DNA of 64,000 nt from an uncultured Chloroflexia bacterium (lineage in GTDB: Bacteria; Chloroflexota; Limnocylindria; Limnocylindrales; CSP1-4), in NCBI GenBank assembly GCA_963763775.1, contig CAVXPZ010000003.1, positions 128,001 to 192,000 on the forward strand, in the 5' to 3' direction. The notes under the pieces are model-generated. The model made no database searches, had not been told where the DNA came from, and saw only the letters and a list, made by a program, of their open reading frames with translations. A program made the translations under genes and the position numbers. The number at the start of each line of letters is the position of its first letter. Within the stretch, counting starts at the first letter, position 1. Below are positions 10,397 to 21,233 of this stretch, one piece after another.

Positions 10397-11284
10397 TTAC
10401 CAGCCGCGGACGGCGAGTCGCTCCTGGTCGGGGATCTCCTCGAGGGCGATGCCCCGCATCGGGGCTCCCAGGCCCTTGGAGACCTCGGCGATCTTCTTCG
10501 GATCGTCGAAGAACGTGGTCGCCTGGACGATCGCGTTGGCCATCCGGGCCGGATCCTCGCTCTTGAAGATGCCGGAGCCGACGAACACGCCTTCGGCGCC
10601 GAGCTGCATCACGAGGGCCGCATCGGACGGCGTGCTGATCCCGCCGGCGACGAAGTTCACGACCGGCAGCTTGCCGTTCGCGGCGACGTCCTTCACCAGC
10701 TCATACGGTGCCTGGAGCTCCTTGGCGGCGACGAACAGCTCGTCCTCGCGCATCCCCTGGAGCCGGCGCATCTCGGCGAGCACGTCGCGAAGCTGGCGGA
10801 CGGCTTCGACGATGTTGCCGGTGCCCGCCTCGCCCTTGGTCCGCATCATCGCGGCGCCCTCGTTGATGCGCCGCAGGGCCTCGCCGAGGTTCCGGCAGCC
10901 GCACACGAACGGCACCTTGAAGGCGTGCTTGTCGATGTGGTTCGACTCGTCGGCCGGGGTCAGGACCTCGGACTCGTCGATGTAGTCGACGCCGAGGGCC
11001 TCGAGCACCTGGGCCTCGACGAAGTGGCCGATGCGAGCCTTGGCCATGACCGGGATCGTCACCGCGTCCATGATCCCCTCGATCATCGAGGGGTCGGACA
11101 TGCGGGCGACGCCGCCGGCCTTGCGGATATCGGCCGGGACGCGCTCGAGCGCCATGACGGCGACGGCGCCGGCATCCTCGGCGATCTTGGCCTGATCGGG
11201 CGTGACGACATCCATGATGACGCCGCCCTTGAGCATCTGGGCGAGACCCTTCTTGGTGGCCCAGGTGGACGTTTCGACGGTCAT
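10397..11284 (-). CDS. pdxS: Pyridoxal 5'-phosphate synthase lyase subunit
   Basis: [54 protein letters not shown]. Confidence 0.98.
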   Translation of the reverse strand: MTVETSTWATKKGLAQMLKGGVIMDVVTPDQAKIAEDAGAVAVMALERVPADIRKAGGVARMSDPSMIEGIMDAVTIPVMAKARIGHFVEAQVLEALGVDYIDESEVLTPADESNHIDKHAFKVPFVCGCRNLGEALRRINEGAAMMRTKGEAGTGNIVEAVRQLRDVLAEMRRLQGMREDELFVAAKELQAPYELVKDVAANGKLPVVNFVAGGISTPSDAALVMQLGAEGVFVGSGIFKSEDPARMANAIVQATTFFDDPKKIAEVSKGLGAPMRGIALEEIPDQERLAVRGW

Positions 11285-11518
11285 GTGCGGTGGATCCTTT
11301 GGTTGGCTGCGCTCGGTTCGCCGGTCGGGTCTGGCCCCGGGGTCGTCGCCCGTTCGAGTCGGCCGAGCCCCTCGCGCGTACGGGATTATGGCACGAGGGC
11401 CCGCATCGGCCTACCCCTTGGTCCAGTGGAGTGGGCCATCACGGGTCCCGCGGGACCGGGCGCGGCGGCCGGGGCCCGTGGCGGCGGAAGGCTGTCCGCG
11501 GCCCGGTCGCCCCATTTG

Positions 11519-11711
11519 CCGATTCCTGCCAAATGCCACTCAGGAGAGCCGTCGTCAGCAGATTCGGTCTCCCGACGACGACCCGTGATCGCGCTCCACG
11601 CTCGAGCGGACGCGCGACGTGGGCGACGCCTTGCCAATGGCCGTCCTGATGCGACATATGGCAGCGGATCTGCTGACGAGTGCCCGCCTGAGTGGCATCT
11701 GTCAGAAACGG
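11519..11711. repeat. Long imperfect inverted repeat (about 47-bp arms, about 100-bp spacer), REP/MITE-like
   Basis: ATGCCACTCAGG (11533-11544) / CCTGAGTGGCAT (11687-11698) and TCGTCAGCAGAT (11552-11563) / ATCTGCTGACGA (11668-11679). Confidence 0.8.
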
Positions 11712-11767
11712 ACGGTCGGTCGGCGTGGCGGAGGCCGGCGCGGGCCGCCCGGCGCGCGGCCGATGTC

Positions 11768-12557
11768 CTACCGCGAAACCGTGCGGACGACCCCCGACAT
11801 GAGCTTCGTCGCGCGGCGGGCAGCCGTCGGCGAGAGGCGGGACAGCGTCTCGACCAGGTCGAGGACGTCGTCGTCCGGCAGGCCGCCGAGCAGGTCGAAC
11901 AGCCGCAGGATCGTTGTGTCGGGCACGCGTGCGAGCAGGTTGAGGGACCGCTCGAGCTCGCGGGGCTCGACCTTCGGCACGAGCCCGACGGCGCGGTCGA
12001 ACAGCTTCACGAAGACCAGGAACGGCGGCCAGCCAATCGCGGAGCGCGCCGAGCTCCTTGTCCTCGGGGTGCGCCTCGGCGGCGGTCGCGGCCTCGACGG
12101 CCTTGGCCTCGAGCACGGCGACGATCGGGTCGCCCTCGCGGACCTTGCGCTCGGCGATCACCCGGCCGAACCACTGCCAGTGGTCGCCGACCGCGAGGTA
12201 GGCGGTCCCGGCCGGGCCGCGTCGACCCACGCGTCGCGGCTCCGGGACGCGCTCGACGATGCCCCAGGACTCCGCCTCGGCGAGGGCCAGGCTGGCGGCT
12301 CGGTGACTGAGACCTAGGGCCTCGCGCACCTCGCGCTCGGTCAGCGGCTCCTGGCGGGCCATCAGGTAGGCCTGCACCCTCGCGATCGCCGGGGTGACCC
12401 CCCAGGCTGCGCCCATCTCGCCCCAGGCTGCGGCGAGTTCGAGCCGGATCGCCTCGGCCGTGGCGGACCCGCCCGCATCGGCGCCGTGCCCGTTCAGGGG
12501 CGCGCGGTCACCACTCGATGAAACGTGCGCCTTGACAGTAGCGAGTTCTTGGTCCAT
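11768..12557 (-). CDS. GbsR/MarR-family transcriptional regulator (frameshift near 12030)
   Basis: WGEMGAAWGVTPAIARVQAYLMARQEPLTEREVREALGLSHRAASLALAEAESWGIVERV winged helix. C-terminus lies in ORF 11768..12010. Confidence 0.78.
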
Positions 12558-12579
12558 AACTTGCTATGCCAGAGTAGCA
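12532..12579 (+). promoter_or_regulatory. Candidate sigma70 promoter and palindromic operator in the divergent region
   Basis: TTGACA (12532)-17 nt-CATAAC (12555), followed by the inverted repeat TGCTA-N8-TAGCA (12562-12579). Confidence 0.4.
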
Positions 12580-12593
12580 CGAGGCGATGTCCC

Positions 12594-13073
12594 ATGGACG
12601 CCACGACGCCGATCGTCGCCGTCGAACCATCGTTGCCGGAGCGGAGCGTCCGCGCGATCGGCGCCGCACTCGCCGCCGTCGTCGCGCTCTCCATCGCGAC
12701 GACCGGCGGCGCACTCAAGCCGGACGACCAGGGCTGGTTGCTGGGTGTCCTCGGATTCCCGGCGGCGACGGTCCTTGCATGGCGGACGGCACCGAGGGTC
12801 ATGGCCGAGACCACGAAGGAAGGCGTCGCCCGACGAGCGACCTGGTTCGGCGTGCGGACCATCGCCTGGACCGAGGCGGCGATCTTCGGGCTGGCCATCA
12901 TCGTCCTCGGCCTCGCCAGCCTGCTCGACCAGCAGGGACAGCCGCTCGCCTGGATCCTGTTCCTCGCCGCGTACGGGTTCGTCGCCATGGTCGTCAGCGG
13001 GGTCGTCGTCGCCGTGATCGTCATCCCGGCGGCCATCATGTGGGCGGCCCTGCTTCGGATCGCGGCACGGTAA
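12594..13073 (+). CDS. Hypothetical membrane protein (about 4 TM)
   Basis: GAGG RBS plus ATG; hydrophobic helices. Confidence 0.65.
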   Translation: MDATTPIVAVEPSLPERSVRAIGAALAAVVALSIATTGGALKPDDQGWLLGVLGFPAATVLAWRTAPRVMAETTKEGVARRATWFGVRTIAWTEAAIFGLAIIVLGLASLLDQQGQPLAWILFLAAYGFVAMVVSGVVVAVIVIPAAIMWAALLRIAAR

Positions 13074-13079
13074 GCGACG

Positions 13080-13775
13080 GTGGCGACTGGATGGCAACTG
13101 CCGGCCCCAAGGCGATATCGCGATCCGCGCCGGCTCGGGCTGGCGATGGGGGCGATCGTCATCGTCTACGCCGTGTTCGTCGGCGGCATCCGGGCCGGGT
13201 TCGTCAAGGTCGCCGGTTCGAGCGCCGGCGAGATCGGCCCCAATCGAGCCGACCTCGGGGCGTTGTGGTTCATCGCCGCCCTCGCCCTGCCGGGGTTGAT
13301 CGCGGCGATCGCGGCGACCAGACGGTCGGGGGCGCTGCTGATCACCGCCGGCGTCCTGTGCCTGGCCCAGTCGGTGATCGCCTTCAGCGGCGTGACGCTG
13401 CCGTTCGCCGTGCCCGGGGCAGTCCTGATCGCGCTGGGCGTTGACGCGGGCTCGAGGTCCGCGCCGCAACGAGCGACGCTCGCGGGTCTCGGCGTCTTCG
13501 TCCTGGTGATCGCCGGCTGGGTGGTCGGCCTCGGGCTGACCGAGACTCGATGCTGGGTCGCCACGCAGGGCCCGGATGGTGTCCTCGTCTACGCCGACGT
13601 CCCGGACACCGGTGATGTGGCACTCGGCGAGACGGAGGTCGGCGCCGGTTGCGACGGCGGCGAGCCGACCGCGGCCGGGCTCGGTCTCGGTTTCGTGTTC
13701 GGCGCGACGGCCATCGCGTTGGCGGCATGGGGAACGAGGCCGAGCGCGCGTCGCGCGGACCTCGAGACCGCCTAG
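13080..13775 (+). CDS. Hypothetical membrane protein
   Basis: About 6 hydrophobic helices, with a Cys pair in a late loop. Confidence 0.65.
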   Translation: MATGWQLPAPRRYRDPRRLGLAMGAIVIVYAVFVGGIRAGFVKVAGSSAGEIGPNRADLGALWFIAALALPGLIAAIAATRRSGALLITAGVLCLAQSVIAFSGVTLPFAVPGAVLIALGVDAGSRSAPQRATLAGLGVFVLVIAGWVVGLGLTETRCWVATQGPDGVLVYADVPDTGDVALGETEVGAGCDGGEPTAAGLGLGFVFGATAIALAAWGTRPSARRADLETA

Positions 13776-14239
13776 GTCAGCGGCAGCGGGATGTAGGCGC
13801 CGAGTGCGTTCGCGACCGCGACGAACAGCGGCGCGCCAAGGTCGACCTCGACCTCGCAGGAGGCGATGCGCTCGACGCCGGTCGGCGCGCTGAACTCATA
13901 GACGAGCTCCTGTCCGTCGAAGGCCGTGGGGCACTCGCCGGTGAACGGATGCGTCCGCAGCTCGGCGAAGTCGGTGAGCTTGATCGCCGCATCGATGGCC
14001 GCGACCTGGTCGAGCGGCACGGTCCCCAGGTCGTTCGGCGGCTTCGCGGCCTGGTGGACGCGGCCGTCGCGCTCCAGGATCACCGTCGTGCCGCACGGCG
14101 CGTTCGGACATTCGCCGCCACGCATCTCCACGGTGACGAGCGGTCCGCTCCCGCCGCCTCCGGCGATCGAACAGGCACCGGCGAGACCGGCCGCCAGCAC
14201 GGCGAGGATGGCGATGACGATGGCCGTTGGGCGTCGCAT
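13772..14239 (-). CDS. Putative lipoprotein / secreted Cys-containing protein
   Basis: MRR plus hydrophobic stretch plus LAGAC lipobox-like motif; GGECPNAPC and GECPTAFDG. Confidence 0.65.
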   Translation of the reverse strand: MRRPTAIVIAILAVLAAGLAGACSIAGGGGSGPLVTVEMRGGECPNAPCGTTVILERDGRVHQAAKPPNDLGTVPLDQVAAIDAAIKLTDFAELRTHPFTGECPTAFDGQELVYEFSAPTGVERIASCEVEVDLGAPLFVAVANALGAYIPLPLT

Positions 14240-14395
14240 GTCGTGCATGAGCGCCCCGACGGTAGCCGACGGTGCGCGGTTCCCGCCGCGACGTCCTCGT
14301 GGAGGGCCGCGTCGCGCACCCGCCCGGGAGCGACGGTCCACGACCCATGTCGACCCTCGACGACGGCGATCCCGCGCGGACGTTCGCGATGGGAT

Positions 14396-14425
14396 TCACC
14401 CGTTTGCCCGACGTCGTGCATCTAC
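14396..14425 (+). promoter_or_regulatory. Candidate ECF-dependent autoregulatory promoter
   Basis: TCACCCGTT...GCATCTA upstream of the ECF gene; conserved as TCACCCGTT...GCGTCTA in the paralogous copy at 19286. Confidence 0.45.
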
Positions 14426-14470
14426 TCTGCTGACCGGCGGATGTGCTGCTGGACGGCGGAGGGAGTGGGG

Positions 14471-15001
14471 TTGACTGTCGAGTCGTTGCGACGCGGCGAG
14501 GCCGAGGTCCTGACCGAGCTGCTCGAACAGCATGGCCGGGAGATCCAGGGTGTCGCGTACCTCATCCTGCGCAATGCGGCCGATGCCGAGGACGTCCTGA
14601 TGGACACCCTGATCGCCGCGCTCGACCGGGGCGCCTCGCTCCGTGACGCGGCAGCCCTGCGCCCCTGGCTGCTCAAGATCGCCACCAATCAAGCGCTCAG
14701 CCGTCGGCGTCGCTTCCGGCTCGTGACCTGGGTCGACGTCGTGCCGGATCTTCCGGGTCCGGTGACAGACACCACAGAACACGTGGCCTTGGTCCAGGGC
14801 CTCGCGGCCCTGCCGATCCGGTCGCGCGCAGCCGTCGTGCTGCACTACTACGCCGACCTCCCGGTCGCGGACGTGGCCGCGGCGATGGGCACGAGTCCGA
14901 ACACCGTGAAGTCCCAACTCCGGACCGGTCTGGCGCGACTGCGCGAGTCCCTTGACACCTCCGTCGCCAACGCGACCCATGTGGAGCCGATCAATGGCTG
15001 A
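14471..15001 (+). CDS. ECF RNA polymerase sigma factor
   Basis: Region 2 DAEDVLMDT...LRPWLLKIATN; region 4 RSRAAVVLHYYADLPVADVAAAMGTSPNTVKSQLRTGLARLR. TTG start after GGAGGGAG. Confidence 0.9.
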   Translation: MTVESLRRGEAEVLTELLEQHGREIQGVAYLILRNAADAEDVLMDTLIAALDRGASLRDAAALRPWLLKIATNQALSRRRRFRLVTWVDVVPDLPGPVTDTTEHVALVQGLAALPIRSRAAVVLHYYADLPVADVAAAMGTSPNTVKSQLRTGLARLRESLDTSVANATHVEPING

Positions 15002-16396
15002 ACAGACGAATGACCCTCGGTTCGAATCGCTGTTGCGAGGGGCCCTGGCGGCCGAGGTCGCGAGCCTCCCGCTGACGATCGGCCCGGAGCGGATCTTGGA
15101 CCACGCCGGTGCTCGTCGAGGCGGTCGCGCGCGTTCGCGCCTCGGACTGGGGATCTCGGTGGCAGGACGGTCCGTCTGCGCCAGGCTTCCCTCGGACTAG
15201 GTGCTGTCGCGGTGGTGGTCGTGGTCGGTGCCGTCGTCCTCACCACCTTGCGGTTCGACCACACCTCCACGGCATCGCTGCCCACGTCGCTCGACGGCTG
15301 GTCGCGCGTCGCCTTGGACATGCCGCCTGACAGTCGGATCGAGTCGATCGTCGCCGGCCCGCATGGACTGCTCGCGATCGCTCGAAGGGATGGGGATGGC
15401 CCGGCCAGCCTCGTCGTCTCGGCGGACGGCCGTGACTGGACGACGGTGCCGAACGACCGAGCTCCCGGTGGGTGGGACACGAGGAAGACCAATCGCATCG
15501 CGGCCACCGGAACGGACGAGGGGTTCCTGATGCTGCTGGGCGACGAGGCCTGGACCGCCAAGACCGGCGACGGCGACTGGCAGCGGATCTCCAGTGAGAC
15601 CGGGCTCTGGCCGAACGTCATGGCCGTCGCCCGAGGCGGTCCCGGCTACGTCGCGGTCGGGGAGAACGACCATGCGTGGTATTCCAACGACGGGTCGGAC
15701 TGGACCCCGGCCAAGCTGCCGCCGCCGCCAGTCGATCTGGTCGACCGCACGGACTACCCCCACGTCACGGTCCTCCTCTCCGGCATCGCCGTCGCGGGCG
15801 ACCACCTCCTCGCGAGCGGCTGGGCCGGTGCCGACAACGGCAAGGAGATCATCGGGCACGACATCGTGCTGACGTCGAAGGACGGCCGGACGTGGACCGC
15901 CGCCCCCGCTGGGGGATCGGATGGGCAATCGATCGCCGGGGGACCCGGCGGCTTCGTGGCTATCGATCTCGATCCGGACATCGATGGGTGGCGAGTCCAG
16001 TCCTCCGCGGACGGCGAGACCTGGCGGAGGACCCAAAGCGACGCGTTCCGACGGAGCCTGCCGCACGCACGGCCATCCGACGACGCTGGCGGCGACCGGA
16101 ACCCCTTCCACGGGATCTCCGTCGCTGATGTCGCCGCGGTCGAGGACGGATATGTCGCGGTCGGCTTCGAGCAGGCCTGCCCGGGCGGGCAGTGCTGGAC
16201 GACCGAAGCCGTGATCTGGACCTCAGCCGATGGACAGACGTGGTCGCGCCTTCCCAGCGACGAGCGCTTCAGGTCGGTGGGTCAGTGGGACTCGTCCGGG
16301 ACCGAAGCACGTTGGGTCGTCGCCATGGGATCCCGGATCGTCATCGCGGGAACGTACGAAGACGTGCCGACGATCTGGATCTCCGATGGTCGCTGA
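14994..16396 (+). CDS. Putative membrane anti-sigma factor with extracellular Asp-box/beta-propeller-like repeats (frameshift near 15160-15210)
   Basis: Overlaps the sigma stop. DPRFESLLRGAL N-terminus, one TM, repeated SxDGxxW motifs (SADGRDW, SNDGSDW, SKDGRTW, SADGETW, SADGQTW). Confidence 0.7.
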
Positions 16397-16633
16397 GCCA
16401 TCGAAGCAGGTTTCGATCGAAACCGCCGCTCCTGCATCGCCAGTCGCCTAGCGCGACGACCGCGAGTCGGGCACGCGCCGGCGCCGAGCGGTTCCGCGCC
16501 CGCCACGACGGCGCCCGCGCATCCGGCCACACGGCCGCAGCGATCGGCGTCGTACTTTTGAGTATCCGGGCGGCGACCATCCGTCATAACGGACAACACG
16601 CGCCACAAGGGCTCGTGTCGGTGGGAGGAGACG

Positions 16634-17185
16634 ATGCGGCGCGATCTCGTCGAGGCGGCACGTCGCGGCGATCACGAGGCCTTCGAGGTCCTCGCGACGT
16701 CGGCCGGCGATCGCCTGTACGCCGTCGCTCGCCTGATCCTTCGCGCGACCGATCTGGCGGAGGATGCCGTGCAGGAAGCGCTCGTTCGCGCGTGGCAGCA
16801 GCTGCCGTCGCTGCGCGACCCGGATCGGTTCGACGCGTGGCTCCATCGCCTCGTGGTCAACGCCTGCGCGGACCAGGGCCGACAGCAGCGCCGCTGGGCG
16901 CAGCAGGTCCGGCCACTCGCGACCGACGTCTCGATCAGCGACGACACCGGTTCGGTCGCCGATCGTGACCAGCTCGAGCGTGGGTTCGATCGACTGAAGC
17001 CCGAACAGCGGGCGGTGGTCGTCCTCCACTACTACAGCGGGTTCTCGGCGGCCGAGATCGCCGTGATCCTTGACATCCCGGAGGGGACCGCAAGGTCACG
17101 ACTCTATTACGCGACCGAGGCGATGCGTGCGGTGCTCGACGCCGACGCCCGTCGGCCGGTGGTCGCCCAGAACAGGACAGCGTGA
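16634..17185 (+). CDS. ECF RNA polymerase sigma factor
   Basis: GDHEAF, LAEDAVQEALVRAW, RDPDRFDAWLHRL, GTARSRLYYA; GGAGG RBS. Confidence 0.93.
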   Translation: MRRDLVEAARRGDHEAFEVLATSAGDRLYAVARLILRATDLAEDAVQEALVRAWQQLPSLRDPDRFDAWLHRLVVNACADQGRQQRRWAQQVRPLATDVSISDDTGSVADRDQLERGFDRLKPEQRAVVVLHYYSGFSAAEIAVILDIPEGTARSRLYYATEAMRAVLDADARRPVVAQNRTA

Positions 17186-19245
17186 TGGACCGATTCGACC
17201 AGTCCGACGAGATGATCGGCCGATGGCTCAAGGATGCGGCGGACCAGCGACTCCCTCAGCGGGTGTTGGACGCCACCTTCGAGCGGACGCGGAAGAGCCG
17301 CCAGCGAATCCCGTGGCGTGTCATGCCGTGGAGATCCTGGATCCCGCGGGCCGTTCCCGCGATCGCTGGCGCAGCCGTCCTCGTGGTCGCGGTCGTGGTG
17401 GCGGCGAACCTGGCCATCGATCACCGGGCCGCCGTCGGGCCACAACCGACTGCTGGTCCGACCGCCGATGCCAGAAGCCCCTTCCTCGGGACGTGGATCT
17501 CCACCAGCGACGCCGACGGCGGGACACAGACGCTGACGGTCAGCCCGTCCGCCGATGGCGGCGTCGAGATCGCCGTGAGCGACAGCATCGCCACGGTGTG
17601 TACGCGCACCCCGTCCACCATGACCGGGACCGGGCGGATCGAGGGCAGCACGAAGCTCGTCATCCCCGCCCCCGTGTACAAGTGCGACGACGGGAGCGCG
17701 CCCACGGTCCCGAGCAGTGATCCCCCGCTCGATCAGCAGCTCCGTGGCCTGACCTATGTCCACGACCCCGAGACCGACATCCTCACGGTCGGGAGCGGGA
17801 ACGTGAGCGTGTGGCGACGGCCCGAGGCGGTCGAGGTCGTGCCGCCCGATGGCGGCGGCGATCGCGGGCAGTGGGATCCAACCCACTTCGCCGGCACCTG
17901 GGCGTCGTCGAACGCCGACACCGGGTTCCTTGGGACATGGGCAGCGACCGACGTGGACGGCAGCTCCCTCGTGCTCGGGATCCGGGCCGCAGAAGCCTCC
18001 CCGGACACGCTCGAGGTCCTGCTGCTCGACGATCGCGCCGGTGGCGGCCATCGCCGGTGGCCCGATTCGGACTGGCCGAGCCCGTTGTGCTCGACCGGCT
18101 CCGGCACCCCCGGTCCGATCACGATGACCGGGATCGGGCGCGCCGAAGGACCGGCACTCGCCGTCGACCCACAGACCTGGCTGTGTGCGAACTCGCCTAG
18201 CCCGACCGTCGTGACGGGCGATCGCTCGATCCAGATGGCCGGCGCCTATGTACCCCTCATCCACGACCGGGAGACCGACACCCTCGGGGGCCCAGCGGGC
18301 GTGGTCTGGCACCGACGGTCGGTCGGGAGCGACCCGATCGCCCTGCCGTTCTGGGGCGTCTGGCCCCAGTCGTCCGCTCAGGATGCCGCCGAAGCGCAGC
18401 GGCGTGCCGACGCCGGCGACCCGGCGGTCGCATGGCAGATCGCTCCGGATCTGGCCAACCCGCCGGGCTCGGTGACCTACCCGTTCCCGTCGCGAGTCCC
18501 GCTGCCCGACGCCGCCGATGCGGCCGAGATCCTGACCCGGTTCTTCCGGGACCAGCTCGGCTGGGAGCGGTCCATGACCGTCTCCCGGAGCGGACCGCCA
18601 GACGGGTTCCCGGGCCCGGGCTGGGACTTCGTTCGGATCCGCTGCGGCCCTGGGACGAACCCCCTCTACCCGAACGACTCGATCGGGAGGGCCTGCCCGC
18701 CGACGATCAACGGCACGCAGTACGAGACGGTCCGAATGCGGGTCATGCAGCCGGTCCACAACGGGCCGACCGGGATCTGGGTCGTCTCCGGGTGGGAGGC
18801 TCTCGACCCCGGAGACGGGCGGGTCCTGGACTTCGCGAACAGCGGCTGGGTCCATCGGCAGTACGCGCAGGTCGTGCCACCCACCCACGCCGAGATCGTG
18901 GACGCCCTCAAGACCTTCCTCACCGCCAGGGTGGCGGGTCGCGGGGCCGAGGCGTACCTGACCGAGAGCTACCTCGACGCCCAGCAACCCGCGACGGTCC
19001 CACTCCTCTACGCGACGTCCGCGGGCGACCCTTTCGAACGTTTCGAGATCGTCGACGTGCAGAAGGAGGCGGACTGGCCGGCCGGTACGTACGGGGTGAC
19101 GGTGCGGCTGTTCGCCCGTGGGAAGGACGTCGTGCAGCAGGAGATCCAGATGTGGCCGGGCGCTCAGGGACGGATGAACCTGGACTCTTCGATCACCTTG
19201 GAGAACGGGGCAGGGGTCCCGGACGACCTAGGCTTGGTGGAGTGA
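17182..19245 (+). CDS. Putative membrane anti-sigma factor with large extracellular region containing a tandem-duplicated domain
   Basis: GTGA overlap with the sigma gene. Short cytoplasmic N-terminus (IGRWL...LDATFERTRKSRQR), one TM, two FLGTW...C...TMTG.G...C...HD.ETD.L...W.R repeats. Confidence 0.7.
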   Translation: MMDRFDQSDEMIGRWLKDAADQRLPQRVLDATFERTRKSRQRIPWRVMPWRSWIPRAVPAIAGAAVLVVAVVVAANLAIDHRAAVGPQPTAGPTADARSPFLGTWISTSDADGGTQTLTVSPSADGGVEIAVSDSIATVCTRTPSTMTGTGRIEGSTKLVIPAPVYKCDDGSAPTVPSSDPPLDQQLRGLTYVHDPETDILTVGSGNVSVWRRPEAVEVVPPDGGGDRGQWDPTHFAGTWASSNADTGFLGTWAATDVDGSSLVLGIRAAEASPDTLEVLLLDDRAGGGHRRWPDSDWPSPLCSTGSGTPGPITMTGIGRAEGPALAVDPQTWLCANSPSPTVVTGDRSIQMAGAYVPLIHDRETDTLGGPAGVVWHRRSVGSDPIALPFWGVWPQSSAQDAAEAQRRADAGDPAVAWQIAPDLANPPGSVTYPFPSRVPLPDAADAAEILTRFFRDQLGWERSMTVSRSGPPDGFPGPGWDFVRIRCGPGTNPLYPNDSIGRACPPTINGTQYETVRMRVMQPVHNGPTGIWVVSGWEALDPGDGRVLDFANSGWVHRQYAQVVPPTHAEIVDALKTFLTARVAGRGAEAYLTESYLDAQQPATVPLLYATSAGDPFERFEIVDVQKEADWPAGTYGVTVRLFARGKDVVQQEIQMWPGAQGRMNLDSSITLENGAGVPDDLGLVE

Positions 19246-19285
19246 CCGCCGCGGCCAAGCCCGCCTGACCGGGATCCGCGACCAA

Positions 19286-19515
19286 TCACCCGTTCGGCCT
19301 ACCCGGGCGTCTAGTCTGCTGACCGGCGGGTGTGCCGCCGGCCGACGGAGGGAATGGGTTGGCCGTCGACGCATCGCGGCGCGGTGAGGCCGACGTCCTT
19401 GCCGAGCGAAGAGTTCTGGATCCTCGTGATCGTCGCGGAGGGATCGCCTGGATCGCCATCGAAGGACCTCGCCGAACGGCAGGCGATCCTCGACTCCATC
19501 CACATCGAGCCCTGA
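19286..19515 (+). pseudogene. Deletion remnant of an ECF sigma/anti-sigma cassette
   Basis: 19286-19407 aligns to 14396-14519 (promoter, RBS, LAVDASRRGEADVLAE vs LTVESLRRGEAEVLTE). It is then joined to an unrelated C-terminal fragment ...DLAERQAILDSIHIEP*. Confidence 0.75.
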
Positions 19516-19574
19516 GCTCGTCGATCGTCGAACCGCTCGTTCGCAGGGCCCGGCGCCGCCTATGATCGACCGCG

Positions 19575-21183
19575 ATGGCCGTCCTCACGACGCGGATCGT
19601 TCCGGACTCCGATGAGGCGCGCACGAACCGGGCGTCGATGCAGTCGCTCGTCGACGACCTGCGTGCGCGTCAATCCGCCGTCGCCGGCCGGGGTGCCGCC
19701 GGTGACGAGCGCTCGATCGAGCGCCACCGAGAGCGCGGCAAGCTGCCGGTCCGCGATCGCATCGACCGCCTGATCGACCCCGGCTCGGCGTTCCTGGAGC
19801 TCTAGCCCGCTCGCCGCGACCGGCCTCTACGACGACGACGCGCCCGGCGCCGGCATCGTCACGGGCATCGGCCGCATCGAGGGCACGACGTGCGTCGTCG
19901 TGGCCAACGACGCCACGGTCAAGGGCGGCACCTACTACCCGATGACGGTCAAGAAGCACCTGCGCGCCCAGGAGATCGCCCTCGAGAACCGGTTGCCGTG
20001 CATCTATCTCGTCGACAGCGGCGGCGCCTATCTCCCGCTCCAGGCGGACGTCTTCCCGGACCGCGACCACTTCGGGCGGATCTTCTACAACCAGGCACGG
20101 ATGTCGGCCGCGGGGATCCCGCAGGTCGCGCTGGTCATGGGCAGTTGTACGGCCGGCGGCGCGTACGTCCCGGCGATGAGCGACGAGACCGTCATCGTCA
20201 AGGGCACCGGCACGATCTTCCTCGGCGGGCCGCCGCTCGTGAAGGCCGCGACGGGCGAGGACGTGACGCCCGAGGAACTCGGCGGGTCCGAAGTCCACGT
20301 CGCGAAGTCGGGCGTCGCGGACCACGAGGCCCTCGATGACGAGCATGCCCTGGCGATCGGCCGGTCGATCGTCGCCAACCTCAACCGCCGGCCGCCGATC
20401 CCGCCCTGGGAGCGAGCCGAGCCCGAGCTGCCCGCCGTCGACCCGGCCGGCCCGAGCGGCCTGTACGCCGCGGTCTCCTCCGACCCGCGCCGTCCCGTCC
20501 CGGTCCGCGAGCTCATCGCCCGGCTCGTCGACGGCTCGCGATTCCACGAGTTCAAGGCGCGCTACGGCGAGACGCTCGTGACCGGGTTCGCGCACCTCGG
20601 CGGCTACCCCGTCGCGATCCTCGCCAACGACGGGATCCTCTTCAGCCAGTCGGCACTGAAGGGCGCCCACTTCGTCGAGCTCGCCTGCCAGCGTCGGATC
20701 CCGCTCGTGTTCCTCCAGAACATCACGGGGTTCATGGTCGGCCGCGAGTACGAGGAGGCCGGCATCGCCAAGGACGGCGCCAAGCTGGTGATGGCGGTCG
20801 CCAACGCGGAGGTCCCGAAGTTCACCGTCCTCATCGGCGGCAGCTTCGGGGCGGGCAACTACGCGATGGCCGGTCGCGCCTATCAGCCGCGGTTCCTGTG
20901 GTCCTGGCCGAACGCCCGGATCTCGGTGATGGGCGGGCCGCAGGCGGCGCGGGTCCTGTCGACGGTCCGCGGCGGGTTCGCGACGGACGACGAGCGCGAC
21001 GCCTTCGAGGCGCCGATCCTCGAGACCTATGAGCGCGAGGGCTCCCCGTACTTCGCGACGGCGCGGCTCTGGGACGACGGCGTCATCGACCCGCTCGACA
21101 CGCGCCGCATCCTGACGATGGGCATCGAGGCGGCACTGCACGCGCCGATCCCCGAGACGCGGTTCGGGGTCTTCCGGATGTGA
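19575..21183 (+). CDS. liuB: Methylcrotonyl-CoA carboxylase carboxyltransferase (beta) subunit (frameshift near 19803)
   Basis: [53 protein letters not shown]-terminal FGVFRM. Confidence 0.9.
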
Positions 21184-21233
21184 GTCCGATGCACGGACCG
21201 GCGGGCGAGCACGCCAGCCGGTAGCATCGGCCG

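Noticed and set aside
11311-11368. GTTCGAGTC T-loop-like motif inside a hairpin upstream of pdxS (possible tRNA)
   Set aside because: Only about 58 nt, with no D-arm or anticodon arm and an imperfect T-stem. More likely a GC-rich leader hairpin.
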